A stretch of DNA of 64,000 bases from an uncultured beta proteobacterium (lineage in GTDB: Bacteria > Pseudomonadota > Gammaproteobacteria > Burkholderiales > Burkholderiaceae_C): positions 43,719-107,718 of the forward strand of contig CAISLN010000080.1 in assembly GCA_903886275.1 (NCBI GenBank). Reading direction: 5' to 3'. Positions 48,867 to 59,654 of the stretch are shown here, in pieces. Position numbers and translations under genes: made by a program. Under the pieces are notes generated by a model that was given only the letters and a program-made list of their open reading frames with translations, did not search any database and had not been told where the DNA came from. How positions within the stretch are numbered: the stretch's first letter is position 1; the number at the start of each line of letters is the position of its first letter.

Positions 48867-50777
48867 TTAGCCCGCGATTATAGCATCGGTTTGGATTTTC
48901 TCTAGCTGAAGCCTTCTGGTCTGCAGGGTTCTGTAGAGTTGCAGCGCCTGCGGATCGGACTTGGAGGCCTCAATGGCCTCGGTTTCCTGGGCCTTGAGGC
49001 GCTCGATCAGCATGCGGTTGAGCAGGTCGCGCAGTTCGGGCGCCGACTCTTTTTCGGGCTGCACCGGAATTTCAGGGCCCGACATCAGGCGCAGCGCCAG
49101 GTCCTCGCCAGCATGCCCGGTGAGTGTCTCGCGCAGCGCCTCCCAGGGCATTGCGCCATGTTCGTGCAACTGCGCCTCCAGCCAGGCCAGCAAGGGGCCG
49201 TGGGGCTCGGGCAGCTCGCACAGCAGGCCATGGTCTTCGTTGCTCAGGCCATCCCAGAGCGCCGATTGGCCCAGCAGGATGCGCGTGGCGTGGTCGGCGC
49301 GGCTGGCCGGTTGCGCGCGTGCGCCCTGGCTGACGCGGCCAAAGGAGTTGCCATAGCCGCCCTTGTTCCTGCTGCCCTTGTTCCAGCTGCCCTTGCCATA
49401 GGAGTCGCTTTGGCCAAATTCGCCCTTGCGCCAGTTGCCATCGCGCGCCGGCGTGGCGGGCGTTGCGGCAGCCGGGTTCCACAGCTCGGCCAGCTCGCGC
49501 CCGGTCAGCTGCACCAGGTCGGCCAGCTCGCCCAGCAGTTGCATCTTGAGCGCGCCCTCGGGCATCACCGACCACAGGGGCTTGGCATTGCTCGACAGGT
49601 GGGCTCGGCCCTCGGCGCTGTTGAGGTCCAGTCCCTCGCGCGCCGACTCGATCAGAAAGCGGCTCAGCGGCGTGGCCTCGGAGACGTAGCGCGCAAAGGC
49701 CTCGCGGCCATTGGCGCGGATAAAGCTGTCGGGATCGTGCTCGGTGGGCAGGAACAAAAATTTGATGCTGCGCACGTCGCTGGCATAGGGCAGGGCACCG
49801 TCGAGCGCCTTGCGTGCGGCACGCCGTCCGGCGGCGTCGCCGTCAAAGCTGAACACCACCGAGTCGGTAAAGCGAAACAGCTTTTGCACATGCTCAGCCG
49901 TGCAGGCCGTGCCCAGCGTGGCCACGGCATTGGGAAAGCCCAGCTGCGCCAGTGCCACCACGTCCATATAGCCCTCGGTGACCAGCACATAGCCCAGGTC
50001 GCGCAGCGCCGAGCGCGCCTCAAACAGGCCATAGAGCTCGCGCCCCTTGCTAAACACCGGGGTCTCGGGGGAATTCAGGTATTTGGGCTTGTCGTCGCCC
50101 AGCACGCGCCCGCCAAAGCCTATGCACTCGCCCTTGATGTTGCGAATCGGGAACATGACGCGGTCGCGGAAGCGGTCGTAGCGCTTCTCCTCAGCTCCGT
50201 CTTCCTCTGCAGTGCTGATGACAAGGCCGCTTTCGACCAAGAGTGGGTCGTCGTAATGCGGGAAGATGCCAGCCAGACTGCGCCAGCCCTCGGGCGCATA
50301 GCCCAGGCCAAACTGCTTTGCCACCTCGCCTGACAGGCCCCGGCCCTTGAAGTAGGCAATGGCACGGGGTGAATCCTTGAGCGCCTTGCGGTAGGCCTCA
50401 CCCGCTTGCTCCAACACGCTGGTCAAGGTGTGCTGCTTCTCGCGCTGCTCCTGGGCGCGGACCCGGTCCTGTGGCGTGCCTTCTTCTTCGGGCAGCTGCA
50501 TGCCGAACTGCTGGGCCAGGTCTTTCACCGCTTCGATAAAGGTCATGCCAGCGTGGTCCATCAAAAAGCTGATGGCGTTGCCGTTCTTGCCGCAGCCAAA
50601 GCAGTGGTAGAACTGCTTGGTCGGGCTGACCGAGAAGGAGGGCGACTTCTCGCCGTGGAAGGGGCATAGCCCCATGAAGTTGGCCCCGGCCTTCTTGAGC
50701 GGCACATAGCGCCCGACGATTTCCACCACGTCAGCGCGCGCGACGAGTTCCTGGATGAAGGTTTGTGGAATGGCCAT
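48867..50777 (-). CDS. dnaG: DNA primase
   Basis: [41 protein letters not shown]. Confidence 0.97.
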   Translation of the reverse strand: MAIPQTFIQELVARADVVEIVGRYVPLKKAGANFMGLCPFHGEKSPSFSVSPTKQFYHCFGCGKNGNAISFLMDHAGMTFIEAVKDLAQQFGMQLPEEEGTPQDRVRAQEQREKQHTLTSVLEQAGEAYRKALKDSPRAIAYFKGRGLSGEVAKQFGLGYAPEGWRSLAGIFPHYDDPLLVESGLVISTAEEDGAEEKRYDRFRDRVMFPIRNIKGECIGFGGRVLGDDKPKYLNSPETPVFSKGRELYGLFEARSALRDLGYVLVTEGYMDVVALAQLGFPNAVATLGTACTAEHVQKLFRFTDSVVFSFDGDAAGRRAARKALDGALPYASDVRSIKFLFLPTEHDPDSFIRANGREAFARYVSEATPLSRFLIESAREGLDLNSAEGRAHLSSNAKPLWSVMPEGALKMQLLGELADLVQLTGRELAELWNPAAATPATPARDGNWRKGEFGQSDSYGKGSWNKGSRNKGGYGNSFGRVSQGARAQPASRADHATRILLGQSALWDGLSNEDHGLLCELPEPHGPLLAWLEAQLHEHGAMPWEALRETLTGHAGEDLALRLMSGPEIPVQPEKESAPELRDLLNRMLIERLKAQETEAIEASKSDPQALQLYRTLQTRRLQLEKIQTDAIIAG

Positions 50778-50853
50778 GGGGTCTGCGATTATGCGTTGAA
50801 GTGACCCGCGCAGCGGTGCAACTGGAGGGGCCCAGCCAGCGCCCCCCAATCGG

Positions 50854-52686
50854 TCAATCCCCCAGCACCAGCCCTTCGCGGCGCGGATCGGCACCACCGG
50901 CATAGCCCTTGGGTAGGCGCTCAATGGCCTGCAGGCCGCTGGGCAGGGCGGTCTCTGTCACCTGATGGCCCTGTGCGCGCAGGGCCGCCAGCGTAGCGGC
51001 CGGGAAGCGCCCCTGCTCCAGGAACAGCGCGCCACCCAGGCTGCCGAAATTGGGCAGGCTGATGGCCTGTTGCGGACTTAAGCCCCAGTTCAACACGCCC
51101 AGCAGGGTCTTGGCGGTGAAGTGGATGATGAAGGCGCCGCCCGGGCTGCCCGCGCTCATCAGCAGTGCATGGGTTTTTTCGTCAAACACCAGCACCGGCG
51201 ACATGGAGGAGCGCGGACGCTTGCCCGGCTCGACCCGGTTGGCAATCGGCGTACCGTCGCCAGCAAAGGGCGTGAGGCTGAAGTCGGTCAGCTGGTTGTT
51301 GAGCAAAAAGCCGCCCGCCAGACCCCGGCCGCGGTTCACCATCAGGCGCGCGCCCCAGGCGTCTTCGATGGTGGTGGTCATGGACAGCGCATTGCCAAAG
51401 GCATCTGCGATGGAGATGTGCGAGGTGCCGTGTTCGGTCTGCTCCGGCATGGGCGCGTAGCCCACGCGCAGTGGGCCCGGCCGGCCTGGCAGAACCTGGG
51501 GCATGCGTTGACCACTGGGCGCAATGGCGCTGGCCCGCTCGCTCAGGTAGTTGGGCGCCAGCAGACTTTTCCAAGCCCCACCCGGTGCGTCCACAAAGGC
51601 CGGGTCCGCCACGTACTGGGCGCGGTCGGCAAAGGCCAGGCGCGCGGCCTCGGTATAGAGGTGCAGCCACTGCGCCTTGGGTAGACCCTGGTCCAAGGGC
51701 GGGTCCTGGCCCTGGCGGGCATTCAAAATGCCCAGCATCTGGCCAATGGCGAGGGTGCCGGAACTCGGTGGCGGCATGCCGCAGATGCGGTAGCTGCGCG
51801 CGCTGCTTGCCACCGCATAGGCAAAGCAAAGGGGCTCGCGTTGCAGCGGCCGGTAGCTCGCCAGATCGTCCAGCGACAGGCGCCCGGCGTTGGCATGTGT
51901 GTTTACTTTTTGCACCAGCGCTCGCGCCACCGCACCGCGCATCAGGGCGTCGGGACCCTGGCTCGCAATGGCCTGCAGCACCGCAGCCAACTCGGGGTTG
52001 CGCAGCACATGGCCCTCGGGCCAGGGCTGGCCCTGGGCATCAAAAAAATAGGCCAGGGCCACGGGATCGGTTTTGAGGGCCTTCTCGGCCGCCAGCAGCG
52101 TGGCCATGCGCGGGCTGATGGCAAAGCCCTTGCGGGCCAGGTCTATGGCCGGTACAAACAAGGCCTTCCAGGGCAGTCGGCCATGCGCTTTATGGGCCTG
52201 GTAAAGCATGCTTAGGGCGCCGGGTACGCCCACCGAGCGCCCGCCCACCACTGCCTCCATCAGGGCCAGTGGTTTGCCGCTAGCGTCCAAAAACAGGTCG
52301 GGCGTGGCAAGTGCCGGTGCGGTTTCGCGCCCGTCGTAGGCCTGGGTGTGGCGGCCGTCAAAGTGCAGCAAAAAGGCGCCGCCGCCTATGCCGCTGCTTT
52401 GGGGCTCCACCAAGGTCAGCACCATTTGCACGGCGACTGCGGCATCCACCGCACTGCCACCGGCCTTCAGGATTTGCTGCCCGGCGCGGGTGGCCAGCGG
52501 GTTGGCGGCTGCCACGGCATAGCTGCGCGTGGTCCAGCCCGGTTGCGCAATCAGGGCACTGGGCAGCTCGGGCTGCACCAGCGTGTCAGAGTGGGCCTGC
52601 AGGTTGGCTGCGGCCAGCAGGCACAGCAAAGCAGCGCGGACGGACCGGCTCAGTGCGCCTTGGCGCAAAAAGAAAGCACCCTGCAT
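50854..52686 (-). CDS. ggt: Gamma-glutamyltransferase
   Basis: EPQSSGIGGG, DGRETAP, GTSHIS (catalytic Thr), LNNQLTDF, RPRSSMSP, DPRREG. Confidence 0.93.
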   Translation of the reverse strand: MQGAFFLRQGALSRSVRAALLCLLAAANLQAHSDTLVQPELPSALIAQPGWTTRSYAVAAANPLATRAGQQILKAGGSAVDAAVAVQMVLTLVEPQSSGIGGGAFLLHFDGRHTQAYDGRETAPALATPDLFLDASGKPLALMEAVVGGRSVGVPGALSMLYQAHKAHGRLPWKALFVPAIDLARKGFAISPRMATLLAAEKALKTDPVALAYFFDAQGQPWPEGHVLRNPELAAVLQAIASQGPDALMRGAVARALVQKVNTHANAGRLSLDDLASYRPLQREPLCFAYAVASSARSYRICGMPPPSSGTLAIGQMLGILNARQGQDPPLDQGLPKAQWLHLYTEAARLAFADRAQYVADPAFVDAPGGAWKSLLAPNYLSERASAIAPSGQRMPQVLPGRPGPLRVGYAPMPEQTEHGTSHISIADAFGNALSMTTTIEDAWGARLMVNRGRGLAGGFLLNNQLTDFSLTPFAGDGTPIANRVEPGKRPRSSMSPVLVFDEKTHALLMSAGSPGGAFIIHFTAKTLLGVLNWGLSPQQAISLPNFGSLGGALFLEQGRFPAATLAALRAQGHQVTETALPSGLQAIERLPKGYAGGADPRREGLVLGD

Positions 52687-52689
52687 GGT

Positions 52690-53262
52690 TTACCTCTTGT
52701 CCCTGGGCAGGCGGCCCAGCAAATAGAACTCGGGATTGGGCTGCATGCCGGTGACGCTGGCCATGCGATTGGACAGGCCAAAGAAGGCGGTGATGCCGGT
52801 GATGTCCCAGATGTCCTCGTCGCTAAAGCCATGGGGCTGCAGGGCGGCAAAGTCGGCCTCGTCCACGGCCTGGCTGTTGTCGCTGACCTTCATGGCAAAG
52901 TCCAGCATGGCGCGCTGGCGCGGCGTGATGTCGGCCTTGCGGTAGTTCACCGCCACTTGGTCGGCCAGTTGCGGCTTCTTCTCGAAAATGCGCAGTAGCG
53001 CGCCATGGGCCACCACGCAGTACAGGCATTGGTTGGCCGCGCTGGTGGCCACCACGATCATCTCGCGTTCGCCCTTGCTGAGGCTGGAGTCCTCGCGCAG
53101 CATCAGGGCGTCGTGGTAGGCAAAAAAAGCGCGCCACTCTGGCGGGCGCCGGGCCAGGGCCAGAAAGACGTTGGGCACAAAACCCGATTTTTCCTGCACC
53201 TCCAGAATTTTGGCCTGTATGTCTTGGGGCAGGGTGTTGAGGTCGGGCAGTGGGAAGCGCAT
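52690..53262 (-). CDS. Peroxidase-related (AhpD-like) enzyme
   Basis: GFVPNVF, EREMIVVATSAANQCLYCVVAHG, FFGLSNR. Confidence 0.9.
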   Translation of the reverse strand: MRFPLPDLNTLPQDIQAKILEVQEKSGFVPNVFLALARRPPEWRAFFAYHDALMLREDSSLSKGEREMIVVATSAANQCLYCVVAHGALLRIFEKKPQLADQVAVNYRKADITPRQRAMLDFAMKVSDNSQAVDEADFAALQPHGFSDEDIWDITGITAFFGLSNRMASVTGMQPNPEFYLLGRLPRDKR

Positions 53263-53274
53263 GGGAGTCTCCTT

Positions 53275-53490
53275 CTAGTAATGGGGTGGCAACTCGTCGC
53301 GCGGGTTGCGCGGTGCGGAGCCGTTGCCGCTGGCTTGGGCGCGCAGGTCGCCGAGCTGGGCCACCAGGGCGTCCAGGGTTTGTTGTTGGCGAATGATGAT
53401 TTGTTCGAGCTTGTCCACCAGGTCTTCGGTAAAGCTGGCCTTGATTTCCAGCGCTTCGAGGCGCTGTTCGGTATTGCGGTGTGCGGTCAT
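53275..53490 (-). CDS. slyX: SlyX family protein
   Basis: LEIKASFTEDLVDKL...ELPPHY. Confidence 0.9.
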   Translation of the reverse strand: MTAHRNTEQRLEALEIKASFTEDLVDKLEQIIIRQQQTLDALVAQLGDLRAQASGNGSAPRNPRDELPPHY

Positions 53491-56429
53491 GGCCTCGATT
53501 GGAACAGAGCGCGTTCCGGTGCCGCTTCACGCAGCCCGACCAGGGCCTCGAACGCGGCGCCGTCCATGGGCCGGGCGAACAAATAGCCCTGGGCATAGTC
53601 GCAACCGGCGGCGCTCAGCAGCTCGCGCTGCAACTCGGTTTCCACGCCCTCGGCAATCACCTGCATGCCCAGGGCATGGGCCATGACGATGATGGCCTTG
53701 CACAGGACCAGGTCGGTGGAGTCGGCAATCAGATGGCGCACAAAGGACTGGTCGATCTTGATGAAGTCGATGTCGAACTTTTGCAAATAGGCCAGCGACG
53801 AGTAGCCGGTACCAAAATCGTCCAGCGAGACCTTGATGCCCGCGTCGCCCATGGCCAGCAGTTGCTCGCCCACCACCTCGCTGGTGTCTAGCAGCAGGCC
53901 CTCGGTGATTTCCACCACCAGCGCCTCGCCGGCTAGGCCCATGGCCTGCATTTGCAGGCCCCAACTGGCCTGGCCGCTGTCGCAATGGCGAAACTGCACC
54001 GGCGAGCGGTTGACGCTGATCTGGAAATCGGGGTGCAGGGTTTGGCGCCACTTTTGCACCTGCGCCGCTGCTTGCTGGAACACCCATTCGCCAATGTCCA
54101 CAATCATTCCGCTGGACTCGGCAATCGGTATGAAGGCCGCCGGACTGACCAGGCCGCGCTTGGGGTGTTGCCAGCGGATCAGGGCCTCGGCCTTGTGGAT
54201 GGAGCCGGTAGAGAGTTCGACGATGGGTTGGTACAACACGCGAAATTGCTTGTCCGCCAGGGCGGTGCGCAGGTCGTTGGCCAGGCGCACCCGCGTCTGC
54301 GCCGCTTCTTGCAGCGCCGGGGTAAAGAAGCTAAAGCGGTTGCGCCCCTCGCCCTTGGCCACATACAGGGCCTGGTCGGCGTTCTTGTACAGGTCTTCGA
54401 TCTGGCTGCCGTCCAGCGGGTACAGGGTGATACCGATGCTGGCCGAGACAAATACCTGCTCGTCGCCGATCTGGAACAGCGCGTCCATGCTGCGCAGGAG
54501 TTTTTCCAGCAGCGGCTCCAGGTGGTCGGTGTGGGAAATTTCGGTCAGGATGACGGTGAACTCGTCACCTCCCATGCGCGCCACGGTGTCGGCCTCGCGC
54601 ACGCAGTCCTGGATGCGCTTGGCCGCTTCCACCAGCAACTGATCGCCGCTGTCGTGGCCCAGGGTGTCGTTGACCTCCTTGAAATGGTCCAGGTCGATGA
54701 ACAGGATGGCGAGCTGCTGGCCGTCGCGCTTGCAGCGTTTGATTTCCTGCTCTAGGCGGTCGCGCAGCATGCGCCGGTTCGGCAGCCCGGTGAGGGCGTC
54801 GAAAAAGGCCTGCTGGCGTATCAATGCCTCGGCGTCCTTGCGCTTGGTGATGTCGGTGTGCGTGCCAATCATGCGCAGTGGTTGGCCCGCGTCGTCGCGG
54901 CTGATCACCATGCCGCGGCTGAGCACCCATTTCCAGCTGTCGTCCTTGCAGCGCACGCGGTGCTCGTTGTGGTAGGTGGAGGTGAGGCCCCGCAAATGCC
55001 AGTTGCGGTCCAGCTCCATCTGCGCCCGGTCATCCGGGTGGGTGCGCTGGTCTAGCGCGCGCGGGGTGTGGGTGACCTCGCATTCTTCAAAGCCATACAT
55101 CTCGATCAGGCGCTTGGAGTAGAACTCCACGCCGCTGGGAATATGCCAGTCCCAGACGCCATCGCCCGAGCTCTCCAAGGCCAGCTTCCAGCGGTTTTCC
55201 GAGTCCAGCAGCGCCATCCTTGCCAGCTTGCCTTCGGTGATGTTTTGCAGCACCGAGGTCCGCTTCAGTAGCCGCCCGTCCTGCCAGTGGGAGTGGCCCA
55301 CGGAATGGACCCAGATGCGCTGGCCGGTGGCGGTGATGGCTTCGAGTTCGAGGTCATGCGTGGTGGGCTGTTGCGCGGCTTCGCGGTAGGAGTCGCGCAG
55401 CAGCTGCATGGAAGGCGGTGTAAAAAAGCGCTCGGCCGTGCCCATGGCCGTGCCCGGGGCATATTCCTCGGGCGAGGTCTCAAAAATGCGGTAAACGCCC
55501 TCGGTCCAAAACACCTGGTCGGCCAATAGGTCAACCTCCCAGCCACCTACTTGGGCCAGCGCCTGCGTGGAGGTGAGCAGCTTGTCCAGCCGTTCGCGGT
55601 CCTGCTGCACCTGGACATAGTCCGACACATCGGAAAAGGTACGCACCATGCCGCCCTCGGGCAGTGGCTGCGACTTGATCTCCAGCGTGCGGCCTTGGGC
55701 GGTGACGCGCAGGTAGCGCGCTGGCAGCTCGGCCTCACCGTTGCTGAAGATGTATGCACGCGCATGGGCCTCCACCCGCTCGGCGTTGGGTCCAAAGTCG
55801 CCACGCTGGACCTGGATCTGATTGACTTCGCGCAGCAGGGGCTGGCGCTCCAGCAGTGCCGGTGCCAGGTTTAGCAGCTCGCAGGCGCGGGCATTAAAGG
55901 AGATGACACGCTTGGCCGCGTCGAGTACCAAAATGCCCTGGCTGATGCTGCCCAGGGTGTCGCGCAACAGGAGCGAACGTTCCAGTAGCTCGGCCTCTAC
56001 TTGCTTGCGTCTGTCGATGTCGGTGTGGGTGCCAATCATGCGCAGCACGCGGCCCTGTGCATCGTGCTGCACCGCCATGCCGCGCGAGACCATCCAACAC
56101 CAGTGGCCGTCCTTGTGGCGCAGACGCAAATCGACCGCGTAGCTGGGCGCCGTGCCATCCAGATAGTCCGCGATGGCGCGCTGTTGGCGGGGCAGGTCGT
56201 CTGGATGCAAGCGGCTCGAAAACGCCTGAAAATCCTGCGGGAGCTCGCCCTGCGCGTAGCCCAGCATTTCTTCCCAGCGCACGCAATGGGTTTGCTCGCC
56301 AGTCTGCAGATTCCAGTCCCATACGCCCAGTCCCGAGCCTTCCAAGGCCAGCTTCCAGGGGTTGTCTTCTACGTCGGCGGCGGACCGCGACAGGTTGAAG
56401 GGCGCAGAGTAAGAGGGGTGACTAGACAT
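53487..56429 (-). CDS. Multi-PAS GGDEF-EAL protein
   Basis: Several PAS/PAC repeats (GVWDW, HPDD, MIGTHTDI); intact GGDEF; EAL, DDFGTGYSS; start ATG 56429. Confidence 0.93.
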   Translation of the reverse strand: MSSHPSYSAPFNLSRSAADVEDNPWKLALEGSGLGVWDWNLQTGEQTHCVRWEEMLGYAQGELPQDFQAFSSRLHPDDLPRQQRAIADYLDGTAPSYAVDLRLRHKDGHWCWMVSRGMAVQHDAQGRVLRMIGTHTDIDRRKQVEAELLERSLLLRDTLGSISQGILVLDAAKRVISFNARACELLNLAPALLERQPLLREVNQIQVQRGDFGPNAERVEAHARAYIFSNGEAELPARYLRVTAQGRTLEIKSQPLPEGGMVRTFSDVSDYVQVQQDRERLDKLLTSTQALAQVGGWEVDLLADQVFWTEGVYRIFETSPEEYAPGTAMGTAERFFTPPSMQLLRDSYREAAQQPTTHDLELEAITATGQRIWVHSVGHSHWQDGRLLKRTSVLQNITEGKLARMALLDSENRWKLALESSGDGVWDWHIPSGVEFYSKRLIEMYGFEECEVTHTPRALDQRTHPDDRAQMELDRNWHLRGLTSTYHNEHRVRCKDDSWKWVLSRGMVISRDDAGQPLRMIGTHTDITKRKDAEALIRQQAFFDALTGLPNRRMLRDRLEQEIKRCKRDGQQLAILFIDLDHFKEVNDTLGHDSGDQLLVEAAKRIQDCVREADTVARMGGDEFTVILTEISHTDHLEPLLEKLLRSMDALFQIGDEQVFVSASIGITLYPLDGSQIEDLYKNADQALYVAKGEGRNRFSFFTPALQEAAQTRVRLANDLRTALADKQFRVLYQPIVELSTGSIHKAEALIRWQHPKRGLVSPAAFIPIAESSGMIVDIGEWVFQQAAAQVQKWRQTLHPDFQISVNRSPVQFRHCDSGQASWGLQMQAMGLAGEALVVEITEGLLLDTSEVVGEQLLAMGDAGIKVSLDDFGTGYSSLAYLQKFDIDFIKIDQSFVRHLIADSTDLVLCKAIIVMAHALGMQVIAEGVETELQRELLSAAGCDYAQGYLFARPMDGAAFEALVGLREAAPERALFQSRP

Positions 56430-56591
56430 GGGAGGAAAAAAGCAGTGCGCGCGTCTCAGCGTTCGTGGCCGGGCCCAAAAATGTGTGATGGCATACGCCG
56501 CTGGTGCTCCGTCATTGGGCGATCTTGTTGCTTGCAATGGGTGGCCCAAGCGCCGGTTGTGCCTGGGCTGCGCATGGCTTTCGCATTCCCC

Positions 56592-59500
56592 TTATGCATT
56601 GGGGCGCTTGCTGAACTTGCGCGCTGTCCATTGCCCCAGGTCGTCAATGTAGGTGAACACGGCGGGGATGATCAGCAGGCTTAAAAAAGTGGAGGTGATC
56701 AGTCCGCCTATCACCGCAATCGCCATGGGGGCGCGAAAGCTGGTGTCGGCCGCGCCCAGTCCAATGGCAATGGGCATCATGCCCGCGCCCATGGCCAGCG
56801 TGGTCATGACGATGGGGCGGGCGCGTTTGCTACAGGCATCCATCAGCGCCTCCCAGCGCGTCATACCCTGCTCGCGCCTGGCCTGAATGGCATATTCCAC
56901 CAGCAGGATGGAATTTTTGGTGGCCACACCCATCAGCATGATCAGGCCGATCAGCGAGGGCATGGAAAAGCTCTTGTCGGCTAGCAGCAGGCCGACAAAG
57001 GCGCCACCCAAAGACAGGGGCAGGGCAAACAAAATGGTCACCGGATGCAGCAGGCTCTTGAACAGCAGCACCAGCACGATGTAGATGCACAGCACGCCGG
57101 TCAGCATGGCCAGGCCAAAGCTGGCAAACAGCTCGCCCATGACCTCGGCGTCTCCCACCTCGCGCACCGCCACGCCGGGTGGCAGGTTCTTAATCGATGG
57201 CAGGTTCTGCACCGCGACCGCCACTTCACCGAGCGGCAGGCCGGAGAGTTCGATGTCGAAGTTGATATTGCGCGAGCGGTCGTAGCGGTCAATCACCGCC
57301 GGCCCACCGGCCATCTCCAGCGTGGCCACCTGGCTGAGCATCACCGGGCCGCGCGTGCCGGGCACGCTCAGGCGGCCCAGCAGTTCGAGGTCGGCGCGCG
57401 CCGCACTGTCGAGCTTGACCACAATCGGGATTTGGCGCTGGCTCAGGTTGAGCTTGGGCAGGGCCGAATCAAAGTCGCCCAGGGTGGCAATGCGCAGGGT
57501 CTCGCCAATGGCGGCGCTCGTCACCCCTAAGTCGGCGGCGCGGGCAAAGTCCGGGCGCACCGCAATTTCGGGGCGCACCAGGCTGGCGGTGGAGGCCACA
57601 TTGCCCAGTCCGGCAATGGTGCGCAGGTCGCGCTCTACGGCATGGGCCGCCGCGGTCAAGGCGGCCGGGTCTTCGCCACTGAGCACCAGCACGTATTTCT
57701 CGCCCGAGCCGCCCAGGCCCACCTTGCTGCGGATGCCGGCAATCGGCTCCAGCGCCTCGCGGATCTGCTGCTCAATGCCCTGCTTGCGCGGGCGCGCCTT
57801 GCGCTCGTCGAGCAGAATGGTGAGCGTGGCTTTGCGCGCCTCGGACACCCCTTGCGGTGCAAAGGGGTCGCTGCCGGCCGCACCACCGCCTATGGTGGTG
57901 TAGATGCTTTTGACATGGGCCACCTGCATCAGGCGTGCACGCGCATCCTCGGCCACGGCCTTGGTCTGCGCCAGCGTGGAGCCAGGTGGCAGTTCGATAT
58001 AGGCCTGGGTCTGCGAGTTGTCGTCTGGCGGAATAAAGCCCTTGGGCAGGAGCGGAATCAGCATCAGCGAGCCGACAAAAAACGCCAGCGCGGCCAGCGC
58101 GGTGATCAGCCTGTGCTTCACGCACCAGGCCGCCCAGCGCATGTAGACGCGCATCCAGCGCGGCTCGGCGTGCGCGGTAACGATGGGCTTGAGGATGTAG
58201 GCCGCCATCATGGGGGTGAGCACCCGCGCCACCAAGAGCGAGGCGGCGACAGCCAGCGAGGCGGTCCAGCCAAACTGCTTGAAGAACTTGCCCGGAATGC
58301 CGGCCATAAAGGCGGTGGGTAAAAACACCGCGATCAGCGTGAAGGTGGTGGCAATCACGGCCAGACCAATCTCGTCGGCCGCCTCCATTGCCGCCTGGTA
58401 AGGGCTCTTGCCCATGCGCAAATGGCGCACGATGTTCTCCACCTCCACAATCGCATCGTCCACCAAAATACCGATCACCAAAGACAGCGCCAAAAGCGTC
58501 ACCACATTGATGGTGAAGCCCAGTTGCTGCATGCCGATAAAGGCCGGAATGGCCGACAGCGGCAGCGCCACGGCAGACACAAAGGTGGCGCGCCAGTCGC
58601 GCAAAAACAGCCACACCACCAGCACGGCCAGGGCCGCACCCTCGTAGAGCAGGTGCATGGAGCCGTCGTATTCCTCTTGCACCGGGGTCACAAAGTCAAA
58701 GGCCTCGGTGATTTGCATGTCGGTGTGCTGCAAGCGCAGCTCTTCCAATGCTTTGCGCACACCGGCGCCCACTTCGACCTCGCTGGCGCCCTTGCTGCGC
58801 GCCACCTCAAAGCCCACCACCGGCTTGCCATTGAGCAGGGCCGCAGCGCGGGGTTCGGCAAAGCTGTCGCGGATGCTGGCGACCTGGTCGAGGCGGATAT
58901 GGCGGCCATCGGGCAGGCTGAGCTCCATGGCCTCCAACTCGCGCGCTGAGGAGACGGTAGCCAGGGTGCGCACCGGTTGCTCGCTGCCGCCTATGTCGGT
59001 GCGCCCACCGGCTGATTCTTGTTGCACGCTTTTGAGCTGGCGCGATATTTCGGCCGCCGTGATGCCCAGGGCCTGCAGGCGCACCGGGTCGAGTGCCACA
59101 GCCACCTCGCGGTTGACGCCGCCCACGCGGTTGATGGCGCCCACACCGCGCACCGACAAGAGCTTGCGGGTAATGGTGTTGTCCACAAACCAGCTCAAGC
59201 CTTCGTCATCCATTTGCGCCGAGGAAACCGTGTAGGCCAGCACCGGCGAGCCGGCCAAATTGATTTTGCTGACCGCCGGGTCGCGCAGGTCCGAGGGCAG
59301 GTCGGCGCGAATTTGGGCAATCGCCGAGCGCACATCGTCCACCGCTTCCTGGCCCGGCTTTTCGAGGCGGAATTCGGCCGTGATGGTGACGCCGCCGTCT
59401 TGCACCTTGGTGTAGATGTGCTTCAAGCCCTGCAGGCTGGCAATGGCGTTTTCAATCTTGCGCGCCACTTCGGTTTCCAGTTGCGCCGGAGCCGCTCCGG

Positions 59501-59654
59501 GAAGCGACGCGGACACCACCACCGTGGGCAGGTCCAGGTCCGGGAACTGCTGCACCTTCATGCTGTTGAAGGCAATCATGCCGGCAAAGGTCAGCATGAC
59601 AAACAGCATCACGCCCGCGATGGGGTTTTTGATCGACCAGGCCGAAACATTCAT
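56592..59654 (-). CDS. RND efflux permease
   Basis: QFPDLDLP, ILVDDAIVEVEN, TKNSILLVE, RARPIVMTT. Confidence 0.95.
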   Translation of the reverse strand: MNVSAWSIKNPIAGVMLFVMLTFAGMIAFNSMKVQQFPDLDLPTVVVSASLPGAAPAQLETEVARKIENAIASLQGLKHIYTKVQDGGVTITAEFRLEKPGQEAVDDVRSAIAQIRADLPSDLRDPAVSKINLAGSPVLAYTVSSAQMDDEGLSWFVDNTITRKLLSVRGVGAINRVGGVNREVAVALDPVRLQALGITAAEISRQLKSVQQESAGGRTDIGGSEQPVRTLATVSSARELEAMELSLPDGRHIRLDQVASIRDSFAEPRAAALLNGKPVVGFEVARSKGASEVEVGAGVRKALEELRLQHTDMQITEAFDFVTPVQEEYDGSMHLLYEGAALAVLVVWLFLRDWRATFVSAVALPLSAIPAFIGMQQLGFTINVVTLLALSLVIGILVDDAIVEVENIVRHLRMGKSPYQAAMEAADEIGLAVIATTFTLIAVFLPTAFMAGIPGKFFKQFGWTASLAVAASLLVARVLTPMMAAYILKPIVTAHAEPRWMRVYMRWAAWCVKHRLITALAALAFFVGSLMLIPLLPKGFIPPDDNSQTQAYIELPPGSTLAQTKAVAEDARARLMQVAHVKSIYTTIGGGAAGSDPFAPQGVSEARKATLTILLDERKARPRKQGIEQQIREALEPIAGIRSKVGLGGSGEKYVLVLSGEDPAALTAAAHAVERDLRTIAGLGNVASTASLVRPEIAVRPDFARAADLGVTSAAIGETLRIATLGDFDSALPKLNLSQRQIPIVVKLDSAARADLELLGRLSVPGTRGPVMLSQVATLEMAGGPAVIDRYDRSRNINFDIELSGLPLGEVAVAVQNLPSIKNLPPGVAVREVGDAEVMGELFASFGLAMLTGVLCIYIVLVLLFKSLLHPVTILFALPLSLGGAFVGLLLADKSFSMPSLIGLIMLMGVATKNSILLVEYAIQARREQGMTRWEALMDACSKRARPIVMTTLAMGAGMMPIAIGLGAADTSFRAPMAIAVIGGLITSTFLSLLIIPAVFTYIDDLGQWTARKFSKRPNA

